DNA of 64,000 nt, taken from NCBI GenBank assembly GCA_943371565.1, contig CALRVH010000010.1:23940-87939 (forward strand). The letters run 5' to 3'. The notes under the pieces were generated by a model that saw nothing but the letters and a program-made list of their open reading frames with translations, did no database searches and had not been told where the DNA came from. A program made the translations under genes and the position numbers. Below, piece by piece: positions 1-8,895 of this stretch; positions within the stretch are counted from its first letter, which is position 1, and every line of letters starts with the position of its first letter. Source of the DNA: Chitinophaga pinensis (GTDB lineage: Bacteria; Bacteroidota; Bacteroidia; Chitinophagales; Chitinophagaceae).

Positions 1-1649
1 TGGTACTGCGATTCAATCTTACCAATTCAGCAGATTCAACGGCCAATGCCTGGTTCTTTCCTGGGTTCTATTACAAAGACATAAAACTGTTCCGGCTGGA
101 AGGAACGACTTTAAAAGCTATCCCTCCTGTTCTTCCTCCTGTTGCTGACAGTGTTGGTTTCCGGCTTATCTCTTTGCCGGCAAAAGATTCTGCTACGATC
201 TATGCCGAACTCAGTTTTGTAAAGACCTACGTCAATACTATCCGGCCGAGGCTCATCAACATTGATTATACCAAAGCCTTTATTGCAGAACTGCGAAGTA
301 CCCTCAATGAAAGCGACCTGATGACGTATATCTTTTGCGGCCTGCTGCTGATGATGATATTTTTTTCAATGGCTAATTTTTTACAGGGTGCCAATCCTGA
401 GTTTTTATACTATTCCGGCTATGCTTTCTTTCTTGGTGGAATGCTGCTGACAAAAACAATGTTTGGTTTTCGCAGCAGCCAGATCAGCTTCTTCTTTGAA
501 GCCTATATGGATTTTATCATGCAGGGACTGGGAATCATGTTCTACATGATATTTATGCAACGTTTCCTTGACACAAAAAATAATCATCCGTTTCTTTACA
601 AATTGTACAATGCTGGCATCGCCCTTTTAACGATTTCCCTGCTCAGCTATACTTATTTCCATTATTTCACTGATAATTACACTATTGAGTATTTGATAGA
701 AAATGCTACCAAGGTATTATTACTGGCAATGGTGATTATTTTTCTCGTTTATAGTTTACGGAGTTGGAAAGACAAGTTAATGCGCTATTTATTTTGGGGG
801 AATCTATGTCTGTTCATTTTCTCACTTGTATCGCAGATCGCCGTATTACTCGATAATGTTTTTAAAGAATTTCCCGGTATCCTTGGCTCCTCCCTTTTTT
901 ATTATGAGACAGGGTTAGTGCTGGAGCTTGTTTTTTTCCTGGCAGGGCTTAACCGGAAGAATCGTCGCCAGATAATTGACCAGACAAAAGAACGGGAAAC
1001 ATTAAAAGCCCAGAACCAGTTGAAAGAATATGAAAAAGAAATTGCTGTCTATAAAGCTCAGCAAGCAGAGCGGGAACGTATTTCTGCAGACATGCATGAT
1101 GAACTGGGATCCGGCATGACAGCTATCCGATTGATGAGTGAAATTGCCCGTAAAAAAATGAAAGAGAATACTCCGGTAGAAATTGATAAAATTTCTTCTT
1201 CTGCTGATGACGTTCTGAATAAAATGAATGCCATCATCTGGAGTATGAATAGCGGCAATGACACCCTTGACAACCTTGTATCGTATATCCGATCCTACGC
1301 ATTAGAGTATTTTGATAAAACGCCAATTGAATGTAAAGTAAATACACCGGCCACTATTCCTGACATGGAAATAACGGGAGATAAAAGGAGAAATATCTTC
1401 TTGTGCGTTAAAGAAACCCTGAACAATGTATTGAAGCATTCGAAAGCAACCCTGGTCACAATAAACATTGAAGCCAATCATAGCCTCAACATTGAGATTG
1501 CTGATAACGGAGTCGGGATAGATCTGCAAAACCTCCGCCAGTTTGGTAATGGATTGAAAAATATTGCCCGCCGGATGGAGGTTATCGGCGGCACTTTCAC
1601 AATTGAAAATAAAAAGGGGACAATTACCAATCTTGAGCTTGTGCTCTGA
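1..1649 (+). CDS. Sensor histidine kinase, multi-TM receptor type (5' partial, N-terminus off window)
   Basis: The reading frame stays open from base 3 through the ORF-track TTG at 174, so the gene is truncated by the window edge. It has about 7 hydrophobic helices, then a HisKA_3-type H-box (ISADMHDELGSGMTAI) and HATPase_c boxes (KETLNNVLKHS, DNGVGI, GNGLKNI). Confidence 0.85.
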   Translation, partial: VLRFNLTNSADSTANAWFFPGFYYKDIKLFRLEGTTLKAIPPVLPPVADSVGFRLISLPAKDSATIYAELSFVKTYVNTIRPRLINIDYTKAFIAELRSTLNESDLMTYIFCGLLLMMIFFSMANFLQGANPEFLYYSGYAFFLGGMLLTKTMFGFRSSQISFFFEAYMDFIMQGLGIMFYMIFMQRFLDTKNNHPFLYKLYNAGIALLTISLLSYTYFHYFTDNYTIEYLIENATKVLLLAMVIIFLVYSLRSWKDKLMRYLFWGNLCLFIFSLVSQIAVLLDNVFKEFPGILGSSLFYYETGLVLELVFFLAGLNRKNRRQIIDQTKERETLKAQNQLKEYEKEIAVYKAQQAERERISADMHDELGSGMTAIRLMSEIARKKMKENTPVEIDKISSSADDVLNKMNAIIWSMNSGNDTLDNLVSYIRSYALEYFDKTPIECKVNTPATIPDMEITGDKRRNIFLCVKETLNNVLKHSKATLVTINIEANHSLNIEIADNGVGIDLQNLRQFGNGLKNIARRMEVIGGTFTIENKKGTITNLELVL

Positions 1650-2042
1650 TTACTTTTTTTTAAAAGCGGCCATCAAAAGAAATAGCCAGCCGATAATAAA
1701 GAACAGTCCTCCTAATGGGGTTATCGGCCCTGCAAATTTTACCGCACTGCTTTCCTGTATTTTTAAGAAAGTAAGAAGATATAACGATCCGGAAAAAAGA
1801 AAAATGCCGGCGATAAAACTGTTACCCGCCCATTTCAACCACTTGCCCGGCAACTTATCCCATAAAATTGCAACAAACAACAACGCCAGTGCATGATACA
1901 TCTGGTATTGCACCCCGGTCTGAAAACCATGTATTATTTTTTCGTCTTTTGTAATACCCTCCAGTCCATGTGCTCCAAAAGCACCAAGGGCTACAGCCAA
2001 TCCGCCAAAGATGGCAGCGGCAATTAAAAATTTCTTATGCAT
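1650..2042 (-). CDS. DUF423 family membrane protein
   Basis: 130 aa with 4 hydrophobic helices and the GAFGAHGL motif typical of DUF423/YgdD-like proteins. It abuts the kinase stop codon with a 0-bp gap. Confidence 0.8.
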   Translation of the reverse strand: MHKKFLIAAAIFGGLAVALGAFGAHGLEGITKDEKIIHGFQTGVQYQMYHALALLFVAILWDKLPGKWLKWAGNSFIAGIFLFSGSLYLLTFLKIQESSAVKFAGPITPLGGLFFIIGWLFLLMAAFKKK

Positions 2043-2541
2043 GAAATATTTTTTCGATCAAATGTTCTAACTGAAGGGGTTCTTCATCTATGGTGACATT
2101 TGCCTGTTCGTAATAAATTTTTCTGTCGGCAAATTTTTTGCCAATAAAGCCTTTCAATTGCTCGTCTGAAAGTTGCCTGATCAAAGGACGTTTCTCTTTT
2201 TCAAGGACCAGCCGTTGAAATAAAGTTTCCAGCGGCGTGTTGATCCAGGCAGTAGTTCCAGACTGGTTCATGTATTCTATATTATTAAAGTAGCAGGGAG
2301 AACCGCCCCCGCAAGCCATGATAAAGCTGTCATGACTCTCCGTAATAATATATAACACTTCCTTTTCCAGCAGCCGGAAATGTTCCTCGCCTTCCGTTGC
2401 GAATATTTCAGGGATTGGCTTGCCGGCATGTTCCACCACCTGTTCATCAAGGTCAAAGAACCGCATACCGAGTTTTTCGCTCAGTAAACGTCCCCAGTGT
2501 GTTTTACCGGAACCCATGAAGCCGATGAGGAAGATTTTCAT
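2035..2541 (-). CDS. aroK: Shikimate kinase
   Basis: Walker A motif GFMGSGKT near the N-terminus. Length (168 aa) and overall pattern (FFDLDE, GGG) fit shikimate kinase. Confidence 0.9.
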   Translation of the reverse strand: MKIFLIGFMGSGKTHWGRLLSEKLGMRFFDLDEQVVEHAGKPIPEIFATEGEEHFRLLEKEVLYIITESHDSFIMACGGGSPCYFNNIEYMNQSGTTAWINTPLETLFQRLVLEKEKRPLIRQLSDEQLKGFIGKKFADRKIYYEQANVTIDEEPLQLEHLIEKIFHA

Positions 2542-2545
2542 TGTC

Positions 2546-2639
2546 GTGAAATGTGAAAATGCGGGGAATATGAAAATGTGAAAACAAAAATATCCTGCTC
2601 TAAATTTTCACATTCACACATTTTCATACTTCCACATTT
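2546..2639. repeat. Array of TGTGAAAAT-type words in both orientations (gcdH-aroK spacer)
   Basis: atgtgaaaat occurs at 2551-2560 and aatgtgaaaa at 2575-2584. Reverse-complement copies are ttttcacatt at 2605-2614 and cacattttcat at 2618-2628. The 2575-2584/2605-2614 pair is a perfect 10-bp stem. Confidence 0.6.
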
Positions 2640-2646
2640 GTATTAC

Positions 2647-3831
2647 TTATTTAAACGCATTCAACCCAGTTACATCCATTCCTGTAATTAACAAATGAAT
2701 ATCATGAGTGCCTTCGTATGTAATCACACTTTCCAGGTTCATCATATGACGCATTACCGGGTACTCACCAGTAATACCCATGCCACCGAGCATTTGTCTT
2801 GCATCACGGCAGATATTCGTAGCTACTTCACAGGCGTTTCGCTTTGCCATACTTACCTGCTGCGGTGTTACTTTTCCTTCATTCATTAATACACCCAACC
2901 GCCAGTTCAATAACTGTGCTTTTGTTATTTCAGTGATCATCTCCGCCAGTTTCTTTTGCTGTAACTGGAAACCGCCAATAGGTCGGCCAAACTGTTCCCG
3001 TTCTTTTGAATAGCGTAATGCCGTATCATAACAATCCATAGCAGCGCCAATAACACCCCAGGCTATACCATATCTTGCTTTTGTCAAACAACCCAACGGC
3101 CCTTTTAACCCTTTTACATTGGGTAAAATATTTTCTTTAGGAACCTTTACATTATCAAATACTAATTCTCCGGTGGCAGATGCCCGCAAACTCCATTTGC
3201 CGTGTGTGGTCGGTGTAGAGAATCCTTCCATGCCTCTTTCTACAATCAAACCTTGTATTTCTCCTGCTTCATTTTTGGCCCATACCACGGCTACTTGAGA
3301 AAATGGCGCATTACTGATCCACATTTTCGCACCATTTAAAATTACATGATCACCTGCATCTTTAATATTTGTCAGCATGCTTGATGGATCGCTGCCATGA
3401 TCAGGTTCTGTTAATCCAAAACAACCCAACCACTCACCACTTGCCAGTTTAGGCAAATATTTTTTCCGCTGCTCTTCACTTCCATATTGATAGATTGGAA
3501 ACATAACCAACGAACCCTGCACTGATGCGGTAGAACGTACACCACTATCACCTCTTTCCAATTCCTGCATCATCAGTCCATAAGAAATATAATCAAGGCC
3601 GCCTCCACCGTACTCCATGGGAACGGTTGGACCGAAACAGCCAAGGTCACCTAATTGTTTTACTATTTGTTGAGGGAATTCTGCCCGCTGTGCATAATCT
3701 TCAATAATGGGAGAAATTTCTTTCTTTACATAACTCCGAACCGACTCACGGATGAGTTTATGTTCTTCTGTCAATAATTCATCTACATTAAAATAATCCG
3801 GACTTGTAAAAAGGTCTGTGCGGGCCGCCAT
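2647..3831 (-). CDS. gcdH: Glutaryl-CoA dehydrogenase
   Basis: Acyl-CoA dehydrogenase fold. Blocks closely resemble glutaryl-CoA dehydrogenase as I recall it (GCFGLTEPDHGSDPSSM, GKWSLRASATGELVFDNVKVP, ARYGIAWGVIGAA, YEGTHDIHLLITG). Confidence 0.88.
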   Translation of the reverse strand: MAARTDLFTSPDYFNVDELLTEEHKLIRESVRSYVKKEISPIIEDYAQRAEFPQQIVKQLGDLGCFGPTVPMEYGGGGLDYISYGLMMQELERGDSGVRSTASVQGSLVMFPIYQYGSEEQRKKYLPKLASGEWLGCFGLTEPDHGSDPSSMLTNIKDAGDHVILNGAKMWISNAPFSQVAVVWAKNEAGEIQGLIVERGMEGFSTPTTHGKWSLRASATGELVFDNVKVPKENILPNVKGLKGPLGCLTKARYGIAWGVIGAAMDCYDTALRYSKEREQFGRPIGGFQLQQKKLAEMITEITKAQLLNWRLGVLMNEGKVTPQQVSMAKRNACEVATNICRDARQMLGGMGITGEYPVMRHMMNLESVITYEGTHDIHLLITGMDVTGLNAFK

Positions 3832-3869
3832 AAAGCAATCATTTTTGTTGGCCCAAAGGTAACGGATAA

Positions 3870-4325
3870 ATGAAAAAGGGGGATATTTGGTTTATGTATA
3901 CATCGGGTAAAGAAATTGTCAGAAATGTTTTCTCCGTAGTGGCAGGTGTGCTAGTATCCGCTGCGCTTTATATGCTCTTCGGACTTATCCTGCTATTATT
4001 TATTGCCAGCAAAGCAAAAGGACATGGCGAAGAGAGTGGATTAGAAAGAATCTCCACCACACTTGATATTGCATCGACTATTGCACTGATTATATGTTGT
4101 CTATTGGGTGGCTTTGCAACCGGCAGCCTCTCTACAAAAAAGGATATGATTCACGGGGCAATTACTGCCATTGTATCAAGCATCCTTTTAGCCAGTATTA
4201 ATGAGCTTGATTTCCAAATACAGTCTATCGCCTATTATCTTACAGGCATTTTTGCAACTATCTTTGGAACATACCTTGCAATTAAATTAAAAAAGAAAAA
4301 GGCCTTGCAAAACCTGAACCGGTAA
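3870..4325 (+). CDS. Hypothetical integral membrane protein
   Basis: 151 aa with 4 hydrophobic segments. No family recognised. Confidence 0.5.
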   Translation: MKKGDIWFMYTSGKEIVRNVFSVVAGVLVSAALYMLFGLILLLFIASKAKGHGEESGLERISTTLDIASTIALIICCLLGGFATGSLSTKKDMIHGAITAIVSSILLASINELDFQIQSIAYYLTGIFATIFGTYLAIKLKKKKALQNLNR

Positions 4326-4346
4326 ATCTTTTACTAAATTTTATAT

Positions 4347-4775
4347 ATGAAAAATATATTCCCCCTGATTGTTTCGCTTATGCTGATTAATATTTCAGCC
4401 TATTCTCAAAAAGACTCCACTACTAAAAAGCCAGAAGAAAAGATCAAGCAGTTCTGGCTGGTAGTACTCAAAACAGGCCCGATGGATAAAGAGATCACAG
4501 ATTCTGTGAAGCGAAAGGAAATCTTTGCCGGCCATTTCTCCAATATGGAAAGATTGTACAATGAAGGCATTTTAAAAGCGGCCGGCCCATTTGGTAAAAA
4601 CGATTTTACATGGCGGGGTCTTTTTATTATAGACTGTAAAACAAAAGAAGAAGCAGAAAATTATGTAAAAACAGACCCGGCTGTTGCCGCAGGTGTTTTT
4701 GTGATGGATATTGTTCCCTGGTATAGCCAGGCAACAGGAAGCTTTGTGCCGGGTAAACCGAAGAAAGAAAATTAA
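4347..4775 (+). CDS. YciI-like domain protein with signal peptide
   Basis: N-terminal signal peptide (..INISAYSQ). The core (LVVLKTGP ... AAGPF ... DPAVAAGV) resembles the YCII-related fold. The family call is tentative. Confidence 0.55.
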   Translation: MKNIFPLIVSLMLINISAYSQKDSTTKKPEEKIKQFWLVVLKTGPMDKEITDSVKRKEIFAGHFSNMERLYNEGILKAAGPFGKNDFTWRGLFIIDCKTKEEAENYVKTDPAVAAGVFVMDIVPWYSQATGSFVPGKPKKEN

Positions 4776-5575
4776 AGAAGATAATCTTTCATTTCATTTT
4801 GATATTCTGCTGCAATGTTTCTGGCTGCTTCCGCAAAATCTTCCCCGCCTGAAGCATAAATAATAGCCCGGCTTGCATTTACCAGGATACCGCAATCTTT
4901 TGTCATGGCCTCTTTAGAAACATCTTTCAGACTTCCCCCCTGGGCACCAACACCGGGGACAAGATAAAAATGATGAGGCGTAAGTTTTCGTATACTACTG
5001 AACTCACCCGCCCTTGTTGCGCCTATTACAAACATTAAATTTTCCTCAGTTCCCCACAAAGAAACTGTTTCCAATACTTTTTCATAAAAGAACTCACCGC
5101 CAGTATGAAGCAGTTCAAAATCATTAGCCCCTTTATTAGAAGTCAGGCCAAGTACAATTGCCCACTTACCTTTATGTTGCAAAAAAGGTTTTACACTGTC
5201 TTCACCCATATAAGGAGCTACCGTAATTGCATCAAATGGCATTGTTTCAAAAAACGCTTTCGCATACTGGTCGGATGTGTTGCCAATATCACCCCGTTTT
5301 GCGTCAGCAATTTTAAAATGTTCATCGCCGATATAATGAACCGTTTTTTCCATGGCTTCCCACCCCCTTACTCCTAATGCCTCATAAAAAGCTGTATTGA
5401 TTTTATAGCCAACGCACAGATCTTTTGTAGCATCAATAATAGCTTTATTAAATGCAAACACCGGGTCAGCCTCTGAGAAAAGATGCTTGGGAATTTTTGT
5501 AATGTCGGTATCTAAACCAACGATTAGATAGGATTTCTTTTTTTGTATTTCTTCGATGAGTTGTTTGCGGGTCAT
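4772..5575 (-). CDS. pyrF: Orotidine 5'-phosphate decarboxylase (type 2)
   Basis: Contains LIVGLDTD and [12 protein letters not shown] catalytic motifs. Length is 267 aa. Confidence 0.9.
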   Translation of the reverse strand: MTRKQLIEEIQKKKSYLIVGLDTDITKIPKHLFSEADPVFAFNKAIIDATKDLCVGYKINTAFYEALGVRGWEAMEKTVHYIGDEHFKIADAKRGDIGNTSDQYAKAFFETMPFDAITVAPYMGEDSVKPFLQHKGKWAIVLGLTSNKGANDFELLHTGGEFFYEKVLETVSLWGTEENLMFVIGATRAGEFSSIRKLTPHHFYLVPGVGAQGGSLKDVSKEAMTKDCGILVNASRAIIYASGGEDFAEAARNIAAEYQNEMKDYLL

Positions 5576-5583
5576 GCGCCAAA

Positions 5584-5697
5584 GTTAATTAGTTAAACGG
5601 TTAATTTGTTTATTAGGAAATACAAAAGTCTGAAAACATGTAAAGCCTTTTACTCTTTGAAACCCCATCAACCAATAAACTAATTAACCGATTAACC
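5584..5697. repeat. Inverted-repeat element built from GTTAATT/TTTATTAGG words (copy 1)
   Basis: The left arm gttaattagttaaacggttaatttgtttattagg (5584-5617) faces the right arm accaataaactaattaaccgattaacc (5671-5697). The right arm encodes the last residues and the TAA stop of kmo. Confidence 0.65.
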
Positions 5698-7030
5698 TGC
5701 CCAGAATGACATTTTCAATTTCAAGACTCTCCCACTTCCCTTCAATCCCTTCCATCTTCATCACTTCCTGCATTATAGCTTCCTGCTTCTGCCCTCTTTG
5801 TAAGGCTTCGCTATAACGGATATGCGGACTGAAAGTGACCTGCGAGTAAGCTGGAATCCATTTATCAGGATATTTCTCGTGGAGTCTGGCCTCTATCTTT
5901 TTTTGTAGCAGAAATTTCGGATCGGCAGTTCTGTCCCTCATCTCGGTAAAATTATTAATGGCAAGATCTGCAATCGCATCTGCATCCGGTTTACGCAGCG
6001 TTTGATATTGTTGTAGAATAGTTGTCCAATCGTCGCCATTTTTTTCAATCAATTCATCTAATATTCTGCAATCCTCAAAACCGCAATTCATTCCCTGTCC
6101 AAAGAAAGGAACAATGGCATGAGCCGCATCGCCTATCAATGCAAACTTATCTTCCCGTATCCACGGGAAACATTTCACTGTTACCAGCGATGAAGTAGGA
6201 TTATTGAAAAACTCGTTCACATAATCCGGCATCAACTTCACCGCATCAGGAAAAGTTTTCTCAAAAAATACTTTTACTTTTTCGGCTGTATCCAACTTAG
6301 AAAACGAAGCTTCTCCCTCAAACGGAAAAAACAACGTACAGGTAAAACTCTTATCTAAATTAGGTAATGCGATCAGCATATAATCTTTGCGGGGCCAGAT
6401 ATGCAAGGCGTTTACTTCCATGGCAAATTCACCTTCGGCCGTTGGCGGAATAGTTAATTCCTTATACCCACAATCAATATAATATTGCTGGTAATCGAAT
6501 TTATCATGTCGTAGCTGGTGTTGAAGTCTGGCAGCTGAAAAAGCCCCATCGGCACCAAAAACAATATCTGCTTTTGAAGATGGCACTTGTTTACCACTGG
6601 TATTCTCGAACTCCATTACATCTTTATCCCAATCCAGGTTGGTGCATTTTTCATTGAAGAAGATCTCCACCCCGTTTTCTTCTGCAATATCCATTAACCG
6701 TTTGTTCAATTCACCTCTCGAAACAGAATTGATAAACTGCCCTTCTTTTCCGTAAGGCTGAAAAGCTGTTGTTCCATCCAAATTATGAATGAACCTGCCA
6801 TGCATGGGAATAGATATCTTTTTTATTGCTGAGGCTAAACCAACTTTTTCCAACGCCAGCAAACCTCTGTCGCTTAATGCAAGGTTGATAGAACGTCCGG
6901 CTGCGACATTTTCTTTCCTCATATCGTTGCGGCGTTCATACACTTTTACTTTGTGCCCTCTTTTAGATAAATAGATTGAGAGTAAAGAGCCCACAAGTCC
7001 TGAACCGATGATAGTAATTTCTTTTTTCAT
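5684..7030 (-). CDS. kmo: Kynurenine 3-monooxygenase
   Basis: FAD GxGxxG motif (IIGSGLVGS) immediately follows the Met at 7030, so the ORF-track start at 7063 is probably an extension. It also has GDAAH and a C-terminal region typical of KMO, and it is adjacent to kynU. Confidence 0.88.
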   Translation of the reverse strand: MKKEITIIGSGLVGSLLSIYLSKRGHKVKVYERRNDMRKENVAAGRSINLALSDRGLLALEKVGLASAIKKISIPMHGRFIHNLDGTTAFQPYGKEGQFINSVSRGELNKRLMDIAEENGVEIFFNEKCTNLDWDKDVMEFENTSGKQVPSSKADIVFGADGAFSAARLQHQLRHDKFDYQQYYIDCGYKELTIPPTAEGEFAMEVNALHIWPRKDYMLIALPNLDKSFTCTLFFPFEGEASFSKLDTAEKVKVFFEKTFPDAVKLMPDYVNEFFNNPTSSLVTVKCFPWIREDKFALIGDAAHAIVPFFGQGMNCGFEDCRILDELIEKNGDDWTTILQQYQTLRKPDADAIADLAINNFTEMRDRTADPKFLLQKKIEARLHEKYPDKWIPAYSQVTFSPHIRYSEALQRGQKQEAIMQEVMKMEGIEGKWESLEIENVILGRLIG

Positions 7031-7031
7031 A

Positions 7032-7114
7032 AACCACAGAGGCACGGGGGCACAAAGTAACACAGAGGAAATTTCACACCCCGTGAATCTCCGTGTCTTT
7101 GTGTCTCCGTGGTT
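7032..7114. repeat. GC-rich structured inverted repeat (kynU-kmo spacer)
   Basis: aaccacagaggcac (7032-7045) pairs with gtgtctccgtggtt (7101-7114) over 14 positions with 1 mismatch and 1 GU pair. An inner pair is cacgggg (7043-7049) with ccccgtg (7078-7084). The words cacagagg (x2) and ccgtg (x3) recur. Confidence 0.6.
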
Positions 7115-8387
7115 AATTTAATATATCATTAATAATTTTTCCAAATCTATAAATATCCTCAAACGAATTGTACAACGGCACTGGAGCAATACGAATCACA
7201 TTCGGTTCCCGCCAATCAGCAATCACTCCCTGCTTTGTTAATTCATTAAAAACCTCCTTGCCGTTCTTCAACATCAGCATAGATACCTGGCAACCTCTTT
7301 CCTTTTCTTGTCTTGGTGTAATCACTTCTATAATTTTTTCAGCAGCATTCGAATTACAATCATCAATAATGAATAATAAATAATCAAACAGTTTCTTTCT
7401 CTTTTCATTTAATCTTTCCATTCCAGCTTCTTCAAAAATATCCAGTGATGCCTTGTGCGCCGCCATACTTAATACAGGAGCATTGCTCAATTGCCAGCCT
7501 TCAGCTGTTGGTATCGGGTCGAACCCTTTTTCCATTTTAAATCTGGTTTCTTTATTATTTCCCCACCAACCGGCAAATCTTGGCAAGTCATTATTCGCTA
7601 TATGTTTTTCATTGATAAAAACTCCTGCCACCCCACCCGGGCCACTGTTCAAATATTTATACGAACACCAGCAGGCAAAATCAACATTCCAGTCATGCAA
7701 GTGTAATTCTACATTTCCGGCGGCATGTGCCAAATCAAATCCCGCATAAGCACCCACTGCATGAGCAGACTCCGTGATGGCTTTAATATCAAACAACTGC
7801 CCCGTATAATAGTTTACACCTCCGAATAAAACAACGGCTGTTGAATCGCCATGCTGTTTGATAGTTGCTAAAATATCTTCTTTTCGCAATACATGTTCGC
7901 CATCTCTCGGCGAAACTTCTATTACTGCATCAGCAGGATTAAACCCATGATACTTTGCCTGTGTTTCAAATGCATATTGATCAGAAGGAAATGCTTTTGC
8001 TTCACAGATGATTTTATATCGCTGCTTAGTTGGTCTGTAAAAGCTAACCATCAGCAAATGCAAATTCACCGTTAGTTGATTCATTACCACTACTTCATTT
8101 TCTTTGCAGCCAACAATTTTTGATAATTGCTTAGGGAATATTTCATGGTAAGGCATCCACGGATTTTTTGCATGGAAATGCCCTTCCACTCCCAGCTTTG
8201 CCCAATCATCTAATTCCTGTTGTACATACTGCGAAGTTGTTTTGGCTTGCAGGCCGAGTGAGTTACCTGTCAGGTACACAGAATCTTTTCCTTGATGTTG
8301 TGGGATGAAGAATTTTTTCCGAAAATCCTTTAGTGAGTCATTAGTATCTAACTCTCTGGCAAAATCAATTGTATTTTGAAAACTCAT
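7113..8387 (-). CDS. kynU: Kynureninase
   Basis: PLP-dependent class V fold with the lysine motif SYKYLNSGPG. The N-terminal FxxP...VYLTGNSLG block is typical of kynureninase. Confidence 0.92.
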   Translation of the reverse strand: MSFQNTIDFARELDTNDSLKDFRKKFFIPQHQGKDSVYLTGNSLGLQAKTTSQYVQQELDDWAKLGVEGHFHAKNPWMPYHEIFPKQLSKIVGCKENEVVVMNQLTVNLHLLMVSFYRPTKQRYKIICEAKAFPSDQYAFETQAKYHGFNPADAVIEVSPRDGEHVLRKEDILATIKQHGDSTAVVLFGGVNYYTGQLFDIKAITESAHAVGAYAGFDLAHAAGNVELHLHDWNVDFACWCSYKYLNSGPGGVAGVFINEKHIANNDLPRFAGWWGNNKETRFKMEKGFDPIPTAEGWQLSNAPVLSMAAHKASLDIFEEAGMERLNEKRKKLFDYLLFIIDDCNSNAAEKIIEVITPRQEKERGCQVSMLMLKNGKEVFNELTKQGVIADWREPNVIRIAPVPLYNSFEDIYRFGKIINDILN

Positions 8388-8389
8388 AA

Positions 8390-8806
8390 TCAGTCTATTG
8401 TTGCTATCACTTTTAATTCAATCGCAATCGGGGTAGGTAAACTTTTTACTTCAACAGTAGTTCTACAAGCCTGCACTGAAGTAAAATACTCCGCATATAT
8501 TTTATTATAAACTGGAAAATCCTTTTTCATATTTGTAAGAAACACTGTGACATCAATTATTTTTTCCCAACTGCTGCCGCTGGCTTCCAGCACTGCTTTT
8601 ATATTGGCAAAAACAGAATGGCACTCTGCTTCTATATCATATTTTACAATATTTCCTTCTGCATCTAATTCAAGACCAGGAATAGAATTGTCCCTCGGAT
8701 TTCTTGGTCCGATACCGGAAAGAAAAAGAAGGTTGCCTACTTTTCGGGCATGAGGGTATGCACCGAGTGGTGTTGATGCGTTTTCTGTTTTAATAATTTC
8801 ATTCAT
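8390..8806 (-). CDS. RidA/YjgF family deaminase (candidate 2-aminomuconate deaminase)
   Basis: 138 aa with a RidA-like pattern (GNLLFLSGIGP ... RTTVEV). Its position between kynU and the semialdehyde dehydrogenase supports the role. 2-aminomuconate deaminases of the nitrobenzene/aminophenol pathways belong to this family. Confidence 0.75.
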   Translation of the reverse strand: MNEIIKTENASTPLGAYPHARKVGNLLFLSGIGPRNPRDNSIPGLELDAEGNIVKYDIEAECHSVFANIKAVLEASGSSWEKIIDVTVFLTNMKKDFPVYNKIYAEYFTSVQACRTTVEVKSLPTPIAIELKVIATID

Positions 8807-8816
8807 AATATAGAGT

Positions 8817-8895
8817 GGAACGCAGATTATTATGATGGTTAAGATTATTATGAAACACCTGCGTCAATCATGATAATCATAACAATCTGCGTTCC
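8817..8895. repeat. Long imperfect hairpin (ALDH-RidA spacer)
   Basis: ggaacgcagatt (8817-8828) and aatctgcgttcc (8884-8895) form a perfect 12-bp inverted repeat. It extends to 20 bp with one mismatch (attatgat/atcataac). A further arm pairs gattattatga with tcatgataatc. Confidence 0.7.
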
